Source: an uncultured Solirubrobacteraceae bacterium (GTDB lineage: Bacteria > Actinomycetota > Thermoleophilia > Solirubrobacterales > Solirubrobacteraceae). Taken from it: a DNA stretch of 64,000 nucleotides. Each line of letters opens with the position of its first letter. Position 1 is the first letter of the stretch. Position numbers and translations under genes: made by a program. The notes beneath the pieces are model-generated. The model did not search any database, was not told the origin of the DNA, and was given only the letters and a program-made list of their open reading frames with translations. This document shows positions 20,403 through 31,178 of this stretch, piece by piece. The stretch covers positions 295,928 through 359,927 of the forward strand of contig CAWEOR010000003.1 of assembly GCA_963810735.1 (NCBI GenBank), read 5' to 3'.

Positions 20403-21164
20403 CTAGGCGCGCAGCAGAAGCCAGCGTTGGGTGATGCTCAGCGCGCCGTCGCTGCCACGCCCCGCGCGCAGGCCACTCGCCGGACCTCCCTCGGCCTCGG
20501 CCGCGAGCACACCGCGGATCTGCTCACGAGTGTGCGCCGGCGTGAGGCTCTGCTCGAGCCACGCCTCAAGCGCCATCGCCTGCTCGCGACCGGCGCTCCG
20601 CACGGGTGCTCGGCCGGCGCCCGCGAACGCGGCGCGGAGCTCATCGGCGGGCAGCGCGCGCACATGGCTCGGGTCGCGCAGGCGCTCGAGCTCGTCGTGG
20701 CGCGCACCGCCGGCGAGCATGTCCACGACGGTCACGCTGCCCTGTGCCCTGCACACCCGCGCCATCTCGCACACAGCGACCGCGGGCTCCTGCATGTGAT
20801 GCAGGGCGAAGCGACTGATCACCACGTCGAACTGCCCGTCGGGAAAGGGCAGCGCGCCAGCGTCGCCGCGGACGAACGTCACGTTGCTCTCACCCTGCTC
20901 GAGCGTCGTGCGCAGGCCGGCCGCGAGCATCTCCTCAGTCAGATCCACGATCACCGCGTTCGCCCCGGCGCGCGCGAGGTAGCGTCCGACCTGGCCGGTC
21001 CCGCCGGCGACGTCGAGGATGCGATCGCCCGCCGACACCGGCACGTTCTCGGCGATCCACGCGAGGATCGAGGTGTCGCGAAAGAGCGAGCTGGGCTTTT
21101 CGAAGTTGGCCGACTGGCGCGCGAACTCGCGCTGCGTGATGGCCACCTGAGCGCCGGCGTCCAC
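20403..21164 (-). CDS. Class I SAM-dependent methyltransferase
   Basis: ILDVAGGTG, GDAGALPFPDGQFD, RDPSHVR. Confidence 0.88.
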   Translation of the reverse strand: MDAGAQVAITQREFARQSANFEKPSSLFRDTSILAWIAENVPVSAGDRILDVAGGTGQVGRYLARAGANAVIVDLTEEMLAAGLRTTLEQGESNVTFVRGDAGALPFPDGQFDVVISRFALHHMQEPAVAVCEMARVCRAQGSVTVVDMLAGGARHDELERLRDPSHVRALPADELRAAFAGAGRAPVRSAGREQAMALEAWLEQSLTPAHTREQIRGVLAAEAEGGPASGLRAGRGSDGALSITQRWLLLRA

Positions 21165-21168
21165 CGCC

Positions 21169-23565
21169 CTAGGCGGCGGCGCCGGGCGTCACGCGGTAGG
21201 CGTCGAACACCGACTCGGTGTTGCGCAGGCGCGTGACAGCGCTCTTCAGAGCGTGCGTGTCGGCGACCTCGATCACGAAGCGGTTCTTGACCATCGGCCC
21301 CATCGACAGGCAGCGCGCTTCCAGGATGTTGGCGCCGGACTCCGAGAAGGCGCGCGAGAGGTCGGCGAGCAGGTGGTGGCGATCCCAGGCATCGATCTGG
21401 ATTTCCACGACGAAGCCGGTCGACTGGTCGCCTTCCCAGGCGACGCTCGTGAAGCGCTCGGGGCTCTTGCCGAGCACGAGCGCATTGGGGCAGTCCTGGC
21501 GGTGGATGGTGATGCCCCGCCCGAGCGAGATGTAGCCGACGATCTCATCGCCGGGCACCGGCCGGCAGCACTTGGCCAGGCGCAGCATCACGTCATCGAC
21601 GCCTTCGACCCTGATCCCGTACTGGCCAGAGGACTTGACCGGCTTGCGCCGGGCACGCCCGACGCGCAGCAGGTCGGCGGCGGTGTCCTCGCCGTCGGCG
21701 GCCTCGCCCTGCTTCAGGCGCTGCATGACCTTGCTGACGACGAGCTTGGGGGAGACCTTGGCGGCCCCGAGCGCTATGTAGAAGTCGTCGGCCTTGCGAT
21801 AGCCGACCTCCCTGATCACGTCCGCGAGCAGCGCCGAGCCCGTGATCTTCTGCGCGGGCAGGCCCTGTTTACGCAGGTGCTCCTGGAGCAGCTCGCGTCC
21901 GACGTGCTCGGTGTCCTGGCGGCTCTCGGCCTTGAACCACGCTTTGATCTTGTTGCGCGCGCGGGTCGTCTTGACCATCGCCAGCCAGTCGCGCGAGGGT
22001 CCGCGCTCGCGCTTGGCGGTGAGGATCTCGACCCGGTCGCCCGAGCGCAGCTCGTAGTGCAGCGGCACGATTTTCCCGTTCACGCGCGCGCCCACGCAGC
22101 GGTGGCCGATCTCGGTGTGCACCTCGTAGGCGAAGTCCAGCGGCGTGGCGCCGGCGGCCAGCGACTTGACTTCGCCCTTGGGGGTGAAGACGTACACCTC
22201 CTCCTCGACGAGGCCGTCCTTGAAGGTCTCCATGAACTCGCGCGGGTCCGAGAGCTCCTTCTGCCAGTCGAGCATCGAGCGCAGCCACGTCAGCTTCGCG
22301 TCCTCGTCGGCGAGGGCGCTCTCGCCGTCCGGGGACGAGCCCGGGCGCTTGTACACCCAGTGCGCGGCCACGCCGAACTCCGCCATCTCGTGCATCTGGT
22401 GCGTGCGGATCTGGATCTCCAGCGGGCGGCCCTCGGGCCCGATGACGGTCGTGTGCAGCGACTGGTACATGTTGAACTTGGGCATCGCGATGAAGTCCTT
22501 GAAGCGCCCGGGCAGCGGCTTCCACAGGGAGTGGATCACGCCCACCGCCCCGTAGCAGTCCTTCACCGAGTCGACGATCACGCGCATCGCCGTGAGGTCG
22601 TAGATCTCGTTGAACTCGCGGCCCTTGTTGGTCATCTTCGAGTAGATCGAGTAGAAGTGCTTGGCGCGCCCCGCGATCTGCGCCTCGATGCCGACTTCGG
22701 CGAGCTCGCCCTGCAGGTACTCGCCGGCTTCTGAGACGTAGTGCTCGCGCTCGTTGCGCTGCTGGGCAACGAGGCCCTTGATCTCCTGGTACTTGCGCGG
22801 GTGCAGCGTCGCGAACGCGAGGTCCTCTAGCTCCCACTTGATCGCGTGGATCCCCAGGCGGTGGGCGAGCGGCGCGTAGATGTCGAGCGTCTCGCGGGCC
22901 TTCTCCATCTGCTTCTGTTTGGGCATCGCGTCGATCGTGCGCATGTTGTGCAGCCGGTCGGCGAGCTTGATCAGGATGACCCGCGGATCGCTGGCCATCG
23001 CGACCATCATCTTGCGGTAGTTGTTGGCCTGCGCCTCATCGCGCGACTGGAACGTGATGCCGGTCAGCTTGGTCACGCCGTCGACCACCCCGGCGATGTC
23101 CTCGCCGAAGCGCTCGCGCACCTCCTCGATCGAGGCCGACGTGTCCTCGACGGTGTCGTGCAAGAGCGCCGCGCACAGCGTCTCCGTGTCCAGGCGCATG
23201 CTCGCGCAGATGCGCGCGACCCCGACCGGGTGCACGATGAAGTCCTCGCCGGACTTGCGCCGCTGATCGGCGTGGTGCTCGCAGGCGAACACGAACGCGT
23301 CCTGCACGCGGGCGCGATCGATCTGCACAGCCGAGTCGGCCGCGTGCTCGGAGACGATCGCGAACAGGTCGCCCAGCAGACGCCGCTCGGAGGCGCTCAG
23401 CGCCGGCGTGGGCGCGGCCACGAGCGACGCCTCGACCGGTATCTCGGCCGCCGGCTGCGCCGCGGACTCCTGCAGGCGGGCCACGGCGTCGGCGACCTCG
23501 CTCACGGCGATCTCGTCGGTGACGCCCCTGCCGGGCGTGGGCTTCGGATCTTCGGCGATGGCCAT
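21169..23565 (-). CDS. relA: Bifunctional (p)ppGpp synthetase/hydrolase
   Basis: LLHDTVED, KLADRLHNMRT, YQSLHT, EIQIRT, TGS, CC and ACT regions. Confidence 0.97.
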   Translation of the reverse strand: MAIAEDPKPTPGRGVTDEIAVSEVADAVARLQESAAQPAAEIPVEASLVAAPTPALSASERRLLGDLFAIVSEHAADSAVQIDRARVQDAFVFACEHHADQRRKSGEDFIVHPVGVARICASMRLDTETLCAALLHDTVEDTSASIEEVRERFGEDIAGVVDGVTKLTGITFQSRDEAQANNYRKMMVAMASDPRVILIKLADRLHNMRTIDAMPKQKQMEKARETLDIYAPLAHRLGIHAIKWELEDLAFATLHPRKYQEIKGLVAQQRNEREHYVSEAGEYLQGELAEVGIEAQIAGRAKHFYSIYSKMTNKGREFNEIYDLTAMRVIVDSVKDCYGAVGVIHSLWKPLPGRFKDFIAMPKFNMYQSLHTTVIGPEGRPLEIQIRTHQMHEMAEFGVAAHWVYKRPGSSPDGESALADEDAKLTWLRSMLDWQKELSDPREFMETFKDGLVEEEVYVFTPKGEVKSLAAGATPLDFAYEVHTEIGHRCVGARVNGKIVPLHYELRSGDRVEILTAKRERGPSRDWLAMVKTTRARNKIKAWFKAESRQDTEHVGRELLQEHLRKQGLPAQKITGSALLADVIREVGYRKADDFYIALGAAKVSPKLVVSKVMQRLKQGEAADGEDTAADLLRVGRARRKPVKSSGQYGIRVEGVDDVMLRLAKCCRPVPGDEIVGYISLGRGITIHRQDCPNALVLGKSPERFTSVAWEGDQSTGFVVEIQIDAWDRHHLLADLSRAFSESGANILEARCLSMGPMVKNRFVIEVADTHALKSAVTRLRNTESVFDAYRVTPGAAA

Positions 23566-23577
23566 GATCTAAGGGTA
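23566..23577 (-). promoter_or_regulatory. -10 element for probable leaderless relA transcript
   Basis: TACCCT-6nt-ATG with no SD. Confidence 0.55.
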
Positions 23578-23608
23578 GGGGACGCTCGGCGTTGCTTGAA
23601 GGTCTGGT

Positions 23609-25510
23609 TCAAGGGAGTGCGAACAGCACGAGCTCCTCGGCGTCTCTCTGGGTCGCGGGCTCTGGCGCTTCGCCCTGGCGCGCGGCCCGTAGCCGCAGTG
23701 CGGGATGCGGTGGCGAGCCGTCCTCCGCCGGGGACGCCAACGGCTGTGCGCCGGACTCGATCCGCTCAGGCCACTGAGCCCGTCGCAGCACCAGGCGCGG
23801 CTCACTCACCCCGTTCCACTCGTTGACCTCGAGCGTGAACGTCGCCTGCAGCTCGCCGGCCGGCTCCTCGGCGCGCCCACCCCCCGGCAGCGCCAGACGC
23901 CCGCCGGTCCCGAAGGCCACCGCGCGAGCGCTTACGCCGCCGGCGTGGACGGTGAAGCGCGCATGCTTGCCTTCCCCCATGGGCCTCACGTCGGTGAAGC
24001 TCGCACCTGCGAGCATCAGCGACACGCCGGGGTTACCGCGGCCGAAGGGAGCGAGCATCTGCAGCTCCTCGGCTAGGGCCATGCCGAGATCCTCGCCGGC
24101 AAGCACCGCGTCGACGCGCTCCACGGGCACGAGATCCTGCGGGCGCTGGACTCGCTCGGCGTGGGCGCATAGAGCGTTCGCGAACTCCTCCACCCGACCG
24201 CGCTCGATCTCCAGGCCCGCGGCCGCGCGGTGACCGCCGTAGCGCAGGAGCTGGCGCTCGCAGGCGCCCAGGCCGGCGAGCAGGTCGAACCCCTCGATGC
24301 TGCGCCCCGAGCCCTTGCCCGTCTCCGCGTCGAGTGCGATCAACACCACGGGGCGCGCGCTCTGCTCGACCAGCCGCGAGGCGACGATCCCGATCACGCC
24401 GGGGTGCCAGCCCTCGCCGCTCAGCACGTACGCGGCGCGTTCGCCGAGCTCGGCCATCTGGGCTTCCGCCTGGAAGCGGATGCCGCGCTCGAGCGCCCGG
24501 CGCTCGCGATTGGCGCGGTCGAGCTCATCCGCGATCTGCGCGGCCCGCGCCGGGTCGGCCGTGAGCACGAGCTCCAGTCCCGCATCGGCCCGGTACAGAC
24601 GCCCCGCGGCGTTCAAGCGCGGCGCCAGCGCGAATGCGACCGAACGCTCGCCCAGGCGGCTCGGATCGACGCCGGCGACAGCCATCAGCGCGCGCAGGCC
24701 AGGCTTGCTGGTGGCGGCAAGCGCGCGAAGGCCCCGGCGCACCAGCGTGCGGTTCTCGCCGAGCAGTGGCACGACGTCCGCGATCGTGGCCAGCGCCACC
24801 AGGTCGAGATCCTCGGCGAGCGCCTCCCGCGTACGCGGATCGCGTCCGCGCGCCGCCAGCTCGGCTCCTGCGTCTCCGCGGGCGGCCGCGTCGAGCAGCG
24901 CCTGGGCGAGCTTGTGCGCCACCGCCGTCGCGCACAGCTCCGCGCACGGGTAGCCGCACAGCCGCGGGTGCACGATCGGCGCGTCCGGCAGCGCCCCATC
25001 AGCGCGCGGGGCGTGGTGGTCGGTGACCACCACGTCCATGCCGAGCGCCCTGGCCTGCGCGACCTCCTCGATCGCGGTGACGGCGCAGTCGACCGTGATC
25101 AGCAGCCTCGTGCCGCGCTCGGCGAGTCGCCTGACGGTCGCGACGTTCAGGCCGTAGCCGTCGCGCGCGCGGTCGGGCAGATAGAAGTCGATGTCCGTCC
25201 CCAGCGCGCGCAGCGTGCGCACGAGCACCGCCGTCGAACAGATGCCGTCGACGTCGTAGTCGCCATGGATCGTGATGCGCGACGCGGATGCCAGGTGGCG
25301 CAGCACGATCGCCACAGCCTGCTCGATCCCGGCGAATGCCTCCGGGGGATGCTCCTCGCGCGCCTCCAGGAAGCCGCGGGCGCGCGCAGGCTCAGCCATG
25401 CCTCTGCGCACGAGCACCTGTGCGAGCGGTCCGCTCACTCCCAGCTCGCGCTCCAGGCGCTGGACGTCGGCGTCAGGGCAGGCGGCGATCTCGAAGCGGC
25501 AGGTGCGCAC
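23609..25510 (-). CDS. recJ: ssDNA-specific exonuclease
   Basis: GDYDVDG, ITVDC, TDHH, PRLNAAGR, GSGRS, GGHRAAAG. Confidence 0.95.
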   Translation of the reverse strand: MRTCRFEIAACPDADVQRLERELGVSGPLAQVLVRRGMAEPARARGFLEAREEHPPEAFAGIEQAVAIVLRHLASASRITIHGDYDVDGICSTAVLVRTLRALGTDIDFYLPDRARDGYGLNVATVRRLAERGTRLLITVDCAVTAIEEVAQARALGMDVVVTDHHAPRADGALPDAPIVHPRLCGYPCAELCATAVAHKLAQALLDAAARGDAGAELAARGRDPRTREALAEDLDLVALATIADVVPLLGENRTLVRRGLRALAATSKPGLRALMAVAGVDPSRLGERSVAFALAPRLNAAGRLYRADAGLELVLTADPARAAQIADELDRANRERRALERGIRFQAEAQMAELGERAAYVLSGEGWHPGVIGIVASRLVEQSARPVVLIALDAETGKGSGRSIEGFDLLAGLGACERQLLRYGGHRAAAGLEIERGRVEEFANALCAHAERVQRPQDLVPVERVDAVLAGEDLGMALAEELQMLAPFGRGNPGVSLMLAGASFTDVRPMGEGKHARFTVHAGGVSARAVAFGTGGRLALPGGGRAEEPAGELQATFTLEVNEWNGVSEPRLVLRRAQWPERIESGAQPLASPAEDGSPPHPALRLRAARQGEAPEPATQRDAEELVLFALP

Positions 25511-25591
25511 GCGGCGAGACTACGGGCAGCATGAGACGGAACCGCTCGCCCGCGCGGGGCTGGTCTCGCCTCGACGCCGGTCGAGAGCGGC

Positions 25592-25888
25592 TCAGGGCAG
25601 ATCGAGCTGCGTCAACGCTCGTTCGCGGCGCATACCCTCGACGTACACGAGCGCCATCCCGATCAGCGCCCCGGGGACGGCATACAGCACCACTGCGATG
25701 TCCGTCTCCTTTTCGCCCGGGATCGTGAACGCGGAGACTTTGAGACCGTAGACGAGCAGGCCGAAGAGGACCGCCCCGACCAGCGAGCCGATCAACGCTC
25801 CGACGATCCCGCCCCAGAAGCGGTCGGGCAGCCAGATCGTGTAGTGCCAGACCGCGAGGCCCATCATCACCCAGCCGAGCAGACCCAT
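25592..25888 (-). CDS. Small three-TM membrane protein coupled to secDF
   Basis: MGLLGWVMMGLAVWHYTIWLPDRFWGGIVGA...; TGATG overlap with the secDF stop. Confidence 0.75.
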   Translation of the reverse strand: MGLLGWVMMGLAVWHYTIWLPDRFWGGIVGALIGSLVGAVLFGLLVYGLKVSAFTIPGEKETDIAVVLYAVPGALIGMALVYVEGMRRERALTQLDLP

Positions 25889-28800
25889 CAGCGCGACCTC
25901 CCATGGCGGCGGTTGCGCGGGCGCTTCTGGCGCGGTTTGCGCTCTTCCTTGAGCACGAGGTCCTCGGGCGTGAGGTCGGCGGCGGGGTCCTGCTCCTCCG
26001 CCTGCGCCGGTGCCGGGGCGGCGGGCGGCGCCGCCGTGGCGCTCGCCTCCGATGTGACGGCTCGCGCGCCGCCTCCGCGGGAGGGCGCCGGCGGGTGGGC
26101 GGCCTCGCCGTTGCCGGCGGCGTCCACGTCGAGGTCCGCGACCAGTTCCCTGAACTCGTCGCGCGAGATCTGTTCGCCGGGCGCCTCGGGCGATGCCAGG
26201 CTGCCGCTGCGCGTGCGCCTGCGCTTGCGCTGCGGCTCGACGTCCTCCGGCGCGCCCGTCGCCGTGGTCGCGTACGCAGGCACCATGCCCAGTTCGCGCA
26301 CGATCCGCGCCCGTCGCGCCCTGTAGCCAGGCTCGCGCTCCTTCCAGTGCTGGAGCACCGGTGAGGCGATGAAGATCGAGGAGTACGCGCCGGAGGCGAT
26401 GCCGATCATCAACGCGAACGCGAAGTTCTTGAGCGTTTCGCCACCGAACAGCAGCAGCGAGACGACCGGCAGCAGCGTGCAGAAGCTGGTGGCCAGGGAG
26501 CGTGTGAGCACCTCGGACATCGAGCGGTTGACGATCTGCGAGAAGGCGGCACGCGGCATCCGCGGGACGTTCTCGCGCACACGATCGAACACGATGATCG
26601 TGTCGTACAGCGAGTACCCCAGGATCGTCAGCAGAGCGGCGACCGTCGCCGTCGTGACTTCCCTCCCCGTGAGCGAGTAGACCCCGGCCGTGATCAGCAG
26701 GTCGTGCATCAGCGCGATCAGCACGGGCACCGCGTACTTCCACTCGAAGCGCAGGGCGATGTAGGCGGAGATGACGAGCAGCGAGGCGATGATCGCGATG
26801 ACCGCGCTGTTGGCGATCGTTTTCCCGAATGTGGGGCCGATCGAGGTCGAGGAGAAGTCTTTGGTGCCCGGCGCGTTGGGCCCGTTGCCGAACTTCGTGT
26901 TCAGCAGCGACTGGACCTTGTCGAGGGCTTCCGGCTTGAGCGTCTTGGTCGAGATCTGGTAGCCGGAGCCGCCGATGCTGGCGTTCGTGAACTTCTGGAC
27001 CTGCGCGTTGGAGTAGCCCGCAGCCGACATCGCCGAGGCCACTTCGCTCTCGCTGACGGACCTGATGAAGGCGGTCTGGATGCGGGTCCCGGACTTGAAG
27101 TCGATGCCGAAGTTCAGGCCTTTGCCGCCGATCGCGAGCGCCCCGATCAGCAGGATGGTCCCCGACATCGAGAAGAACCACTTCGAGGCGCCCATGAAGT
27201 CGAATCCCCGCCAGCCGGTTCCGCGCCGCTTGGTGGCGCCGAGGAGGGCCGGGTGCGAGACCGCCCGCGAGCGGCCCATCACCCCGAGCGCCGCCTGCGT
27301 GGCGAGCACGGCGGTGAACAGCGAGACGAGCGTGCCGATGCCGAGCATGAACGCGAAGCCCTTGACTTCGGCGGTCGCCAGCGCGAACAGGATGAACGCG
27401 GTCATGAAGGTCACCACGTTGGCGTCCACGATCGCCGCGAAGCCGTGTTTGTAGCCGCTGGCGATCCCGGCGGGGATCGATCTGCCGCCGCGGATCTCCT
27501 CCTTGACGCGCTCGAAGATCACGATGTTGGCGTCCGCGCACACGCCGATCGTCAGGATCAGGCCTGCGATGCCGGGCAGCGTGAGCGTGATCGGGATCAG
27601 CTTTACGAGCGCGAAGAAGTAGATGCCGTAGATCGTCAGCCCGCCGACCGCGATCAGCCCGAGCACGCGGTAGAACAGGAGCAGGAACACACACACCACG
27701 AGGAAGCCGGCGAGTCCGGCGATGAGGCCCTGTTCGAGCGCCTGTTTGCCGAGCGTGGCGGACACCTGCGAGCGCGAGATCAACAGCAGTTTCACCGGCA
27801 GGGCACCCGACTGCAGCTCGCTGGCGAGGTTCTGGGCGCTGGTGATGGTGAAGCCGCCCGAGATCTCCGAGCCGCTGGAGGCGTCGATCCCTTCGGGGTA
27901 CTGCGTGAAGTCGATCGAGGGCACCGTGATCAGCTGGTTGTCGAGCATCACCGCGAAGTGCTGCAGCGCCGCTTCGTGCGAGACGCCCGGAAGCTGGGCT
28001 TCCTGGCCGCGGTGGGCGATTTCCTTGGTGACCTGTTCGAACACCTTCTTGCCGTGCGAGGTGAAGCCGAAGGTGACGTTCGGCTGGCCGCTGCCGCCCG
28101 CGCCTTCATCGAAGCTCTGAGTCGGGCTGGTGATGTCGCTGCCGGTCAGCACGGGGTCGTCGTTGAGCACGTAGTAGCTGTTGGGCGAGGGGTTGGTCAC
28201 CTTGCCGGCGTTGCTTTCCGCGGGATGGGACTCGATGACCACGGTCCCGGGGTTCACGTGGACGGCCTTGAGCTTCGCGCCCTTGGGTGGCGTCGGCAGG
28301 TCCGTGTAGAGGTTGTGTTCGGTTTCTTCGGGTCCGCGCAGGACCTTTTCGTGCGCCGTGTCGAGCAGGTACCAGCTGCCGTAGATGCAGTTTTCTTTCT
28401 GTTCGGCGGTGCAGCCGGGCTGCAGCGAGACGAGATCACTGTTCTTGGGCGGCAGGATCGGCTTGCGTTTGGCCGCGCGCAGCACCGCCTGGTACTCCGG
28501 CAGCCCCGCGGTCACGCCACCCGGTCCGGTGCTGGTCGTGTCGCCGGTCACCGTGCCTTCGGTGGGCGCCGGTTCGCCGCTGGGTCCGATCACGTTCGGC
28601 TCCCAGTCGTAGAAGAACAGCTGAGCGGTCTTGCCGACCTCGTCCTGGGCGCGTTCGGCATTGCTGACGTCTGGCAGCGCCACGTCGATTTCATCGGCGC
28701 CCGAGCGCTGGATTTCCGGCTGCGCGACGCCCAACTGGTCGACGCGCGTGCGCATGATGTTGATCGCCCGTTCGAGCGATTCCGAGTCGACCTTGGACTG

Positions 28801-28950
28801 CGCCGTGGGTCGCGCCTGATAGACGAGCTCGACGCCGCCCTTGAGGTCAAGCCCCAGACGCGTGGGCTTGGTCGCAATCACGACCAGCGACGCGGCTACC
28901 AGGCCCGCTACCAGGAGCAGGACGAGCGTGTTGCGGCGGCGGTCGGTCAT
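25888..28950 (-). CDS. secDF: Fused protein translocase subunit SecDF
   Basis: LGLDLKGG, DANIVIFERVKEE, GIDFKSG, GYSLYDTIIVFDRVRE; large insertion in the P1 domain. Confidence 0.96.
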   Translation of the reverse strand: MTDRRRNTLVLLLVAGLVAASLVVIATKPTRLGLDLKGGVELVYQARPTAQSKVDSESLERAINIMRTRVDQLGVAQPEIQRSGADEIDVALPDVSNAERAQDEVGKTAQLFFYDWEPNVIGPSGEPAPTEGTVTGDTTSTGPGGVTAGLPEYQAVLRAAKRKPILPPKNSDLVSLQPGCTAEQKENCIYGSWYLLDTAHEKVLRGPEETEHNLYTDLPTPPKGAKLKAVHVNPGTVVIESHPAESNAGKVTNPSPNSYYVLNDDPVLTGSDITSPTQSFDEGAGGSGQPNVTFGFTSHGKKVFEQVTKEIAHRGQEAQLPGVSHEAALQHFAVMLDNQLITVPSIDFTQYPEGIDASSGSEISGGFTITSAQNLASELQSGALPVKLLLISRSQVSATLGKQALEQGLIAGLAGFLVVCVFLLLFYRVLGLIAVGGLTIYGIYFFALVKLIPITLTLPGIAGLILTIGVCADANIVIFERVKEEIRGGRSIPAGIASGYKHGFAAIVDANVVTFMTAFILFALATAEVKGFAFMLGIGTLVSLFTAVLATQAALGVMGRSRAVSHPALLGATKRRGTGWRGFDFMGASKWFFSMSGTILLIGALAIGGKGLNFGIDFKSGTRIQTAFIRSVSESEVASAMSAAGYSNAQVQKFTNASIGGSGYQISTKTLKPEALDKVQSLLNTKFGNGPNAPGTKDFSSTSIGPTFGKTIANSAVIAIIASLLVISAYIALRFEWKYAVPVLIALMHDLLITAGVYSLTGREVTTATVAALLTILGYSLYDTIIVFDRVRENVPRMPRAAFSQIVNRSMSEVLTRSLATSFCTLLPVVSLLLFGGETLKNFAFALMIGIASGAYSSIFIASPVLQHWKEREPGYRARRARIVRELGMVPAYATTATGAPEDVEPQRKRRRTRSGSLASPEAPGEQISRDEFRELVADLDVDAAGNGEAAHPPAPSRGGGARAVTSEASATAAPPAAPAPAQAEEQDPAADLTPEDLVLKEERKPRQKRPRNRRHGRSR

Positions 28951-29045
28951 CGTCTTTGAGAATACCTCCGCGGGGCGAGCAGCCCCACGTGTCCTTGGGC
29001 GTCTGGCCCTCCGGGCGCGGTTGGCCGGCCGGGCATTCGCCCAGC

Positions 29046-29495
29046 CTACTTGTCGGGGGTAAGGACGAGCAAAAGACCGCCGTCGTCGTCGTACGCGGGG
29101 AACATGTCCGCTTTCGCGCTGGCCGCCACGTCGCGTTCGCCGCTGACCCGCACGGGCACCTCGAGTTTGCGCACGCCCCACTCCAGCACCGTCGCCACCG
29201 GGTCATCGCCATTGGCGAAGCTCAGCCCCAGCACCTGCTCGACGCGCTGGCCGATCACCTCTTCCTCCTCGAGTCCGGTGAAGGCGAAGGAGTTCTTGCC
29301 GCAGCCGACCACGCGCCCCTCCCCGTCACACACGAAGAAAGCGGCGTCGGGCGCCGGGTAGTAGTCGTCGAGCAGTTCGAACAGGAAGGCGAAGCCGCAC
29401 TTGGCGCAACCCTTGGGCTGACGCGTGAAGCCGATGTTGCGATCGAGCTCGCTCGTGCGGTGACCGCAGTTGGGGCAGATGAACGGGTGGGTCAT
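29046..29495 (-). CDS. Zn-ribbon plus PAS-like domain protein
   Basis: CPNC...CAKC, then AFFVCDGEGRVV..FTGLEEEEVIGQ. Confidence 0.75.
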   Translation of the reverse strand: MTHPFICPNCGHRTSELDRNIGFTRQPKGCAKCGFAFLFELLDDYYPAPDAAFFVCDGEGRVVGCGKNSFAFTGLEEEEVIGQRVEQVLGLSFANGDDPVATVLEWGVRKLEVPVRVSGERDVAASAKADMFPAYDDDGGLLLVLTPDK

Positions 29496-29538
29496 GGTGT
29501 CCCCACAAAGAGTACTTGGGGCCAGCCGACGAGGCGCC

Positions 29539-30564
29539 TCAGAACAGTGCGGCGCCCCTTGGCGCGGGTGCCTCCAGGCCGAGGTGCCGGTAGGCCGCGG
29601 GCGTGGCCGCCCGCCCGCGGGGCGTGCGCTTGATCAGCCCCTCCTGCAGCAGATACGGCTCGTATACGTCTTCGATCGTGTCCTGCTCCTCGCCGACGGC
29701 TACCGCCAGCGTCGACAGGCCGACCGGCCCCCCGTCGAACTTCACGCAGATCACGCTCAGGATCTCGCGATCGAGACGGTCGAGCCCGCGCTCGTCGACC
29801 TCCAGCAGCTCGAGCGCCGCGTGGGCAGCGTCGGCGCTGACGACGCCCTCCATGCGCACCTCGGCGAAGTCGCGTACGCGCTTGAGCAGCCTGTTGGCGA
29901 CCCTGGGGGTGCCTCTGCTGCGGGCCGCGATCGCGAGCGCGCCGCCGTCCTCGAGCTCGATCTCCAGGATCGCCGCCGAGCGGCGCACGATCGTCGCCAG
30001 CTCAGCCGTCACGTACGGTTCCAGGCGCGCCTGGATGCCGAAGCGGTCTCGCAGCGGCGTCGTCAGCAGACCGGTGCGCGTGGTCGCACCGACGAGCGTG
30101 AACGGCGGCAGCTCGAGCGTCACCACACGCGCGCCCGCGCCCTGTCCAACGGTGATCGGCAGGCGACGGTCCTCCATCGCCGGGTAGAAGGTCTCCTCCA
30201 GCGTGCGCGCGAGGCGGTGGATCTCATCCACGAAGAACACGCTGCGCGGCTCGAGCGCCGTCAGAAAGGCGGCTATGTCTCCCTTGCGCTCGAGCGCCGG
30301 CCCGGCGGTCTGCACGAACGGGACTTCCAGCTCGGCGGCCAGGATCTGCGCGAGCGAGGTCTTGCCGAGCCCCGGCGGCCCCGCCAGCAGCACGTGGTCG
30401 AGCGCCTCGCCGCGCGCGCTGGCTGCCTCGATCGACACCGCCAGCTGCTCGCGCAGCGTCTCCTGACCGACGAACTCGTCGAGACGGCGCGGGCGTAGCG
30501 AGCGGTCGAGCTCGTCCTCCTCGAGCAGGTAGGGCGTCTGGATACGGGCGACGGCGTCGGTCAT
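29539..30564 (-). CDS. ruvB: Holliday junction helicase RuvB
   Basis: [26 protein letters not shown]. Confidence 0.98.
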   Translation of the reverse strand: MTDAVARIQTPYLLEEDELDRSLRPRRLDEFVGQETLREQLAVSIEAASARGEALDHVLLAGPPGLGKTSLAQILAAELEVPFVQTAGPALERKGDIAAFLTALEPRSVFFVDEIHRLARTLEETFYPAMEDRRLPITVGQGAGARVVTLELPPFTLVGATTRTGLLTTPLRDRFGIQARLEPYVTAELATIVRRSAAILEIELEDGGALAIAARSRGTPRVANRLLKRVRDFAEVRMEGVVSADAAHAALELLEVDERGLDRLDREILSVICVKFDGGPVGLSTLAVAVGEEQDTIEDVYEPYLLQEGLIKRTPRGRAATPAAYRHLGLEAPAPRGAALF

Positions 30565-31178
30565 GGCACGCGCGAGAGACGCAGTGCCGCGGCGATCAGC
30601 TCCTCGGCGGTCTCACCCTCGGCGTCGATCAGGAGCTCCTGCGCCTCCGCGGGCGCGTAGCCGAGCTCCAACAGACCTTCGCGCGCCAGCAGTCGCGGCT
30701 CCTGCGCCTGCCCGCGACGCGCGAGGATCGGCGTGCGCGGAGCCGGCCCCTCGGCGCCGGGCATACGGGAGTCCATCGCTGCCACCTTCTCGCGCAACTC
30801 GACGATGATTCGCTCGGCCGTGCGCTTGCCGATACCCGGGACGGCCTGAAAGCGCCCGGCGTCTCCCGCGGCGAGCGCGGCGATCAGCTCCGCGGGTGCA
30901 CCGCCTGAGAGCACGGCGAGCGCAACCTTGGGGCCGACCGCCTGCACGGACAGCAGCATCAGGAACAGCTCGCGCTCGAGCTCGCCATGGAAGCCGTACA
31001 GCGTGAGCGCGTCGTCGCGCACGATCAGGTGCGTGTGGAGCGTCACCTGCTCGCCGACCGGGGGGACCCGCGCGAGCGTCTGCGCTGACACCGCCGCGCG
31101 GTAACCAACGCCTCCGCTGAGCACCACCACGTGGTCGGCCCGGCGCACCGCGACCTCGCCTCGCAGCAGCGCGATCAC
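30561..31178 (-). CDS. ruvA: Holliday junction branch migration protein RuvA
   Basis: [27 protein letters not shown]. Confidence 0.96.
   Translation of the reverse strand: MIALLRGEVAVRRADHVVVLSGGVGYRAAVSAQTLARVPPVGEQVTLHTHLIVRDDALTLYGFHGELERELFLMLLSVQAVGPKVALAVLSGGAPAELIAALAAGDAGRFQAVPGIGKRTAERIIVELREKVAAMDSRMPGAEGPAPRTPILARRGQAQEPRLLAREGLLELGYAPAEAQELLIDAEGETAEELIAAALRLSRVP

Noticed and set aside
28950-29212. ApdA-like arrest peptide upstream of secDF
   Set aside because: The upstream gene ends LVLTPDK, and no RAPP-like motif with a signal or TM is present.
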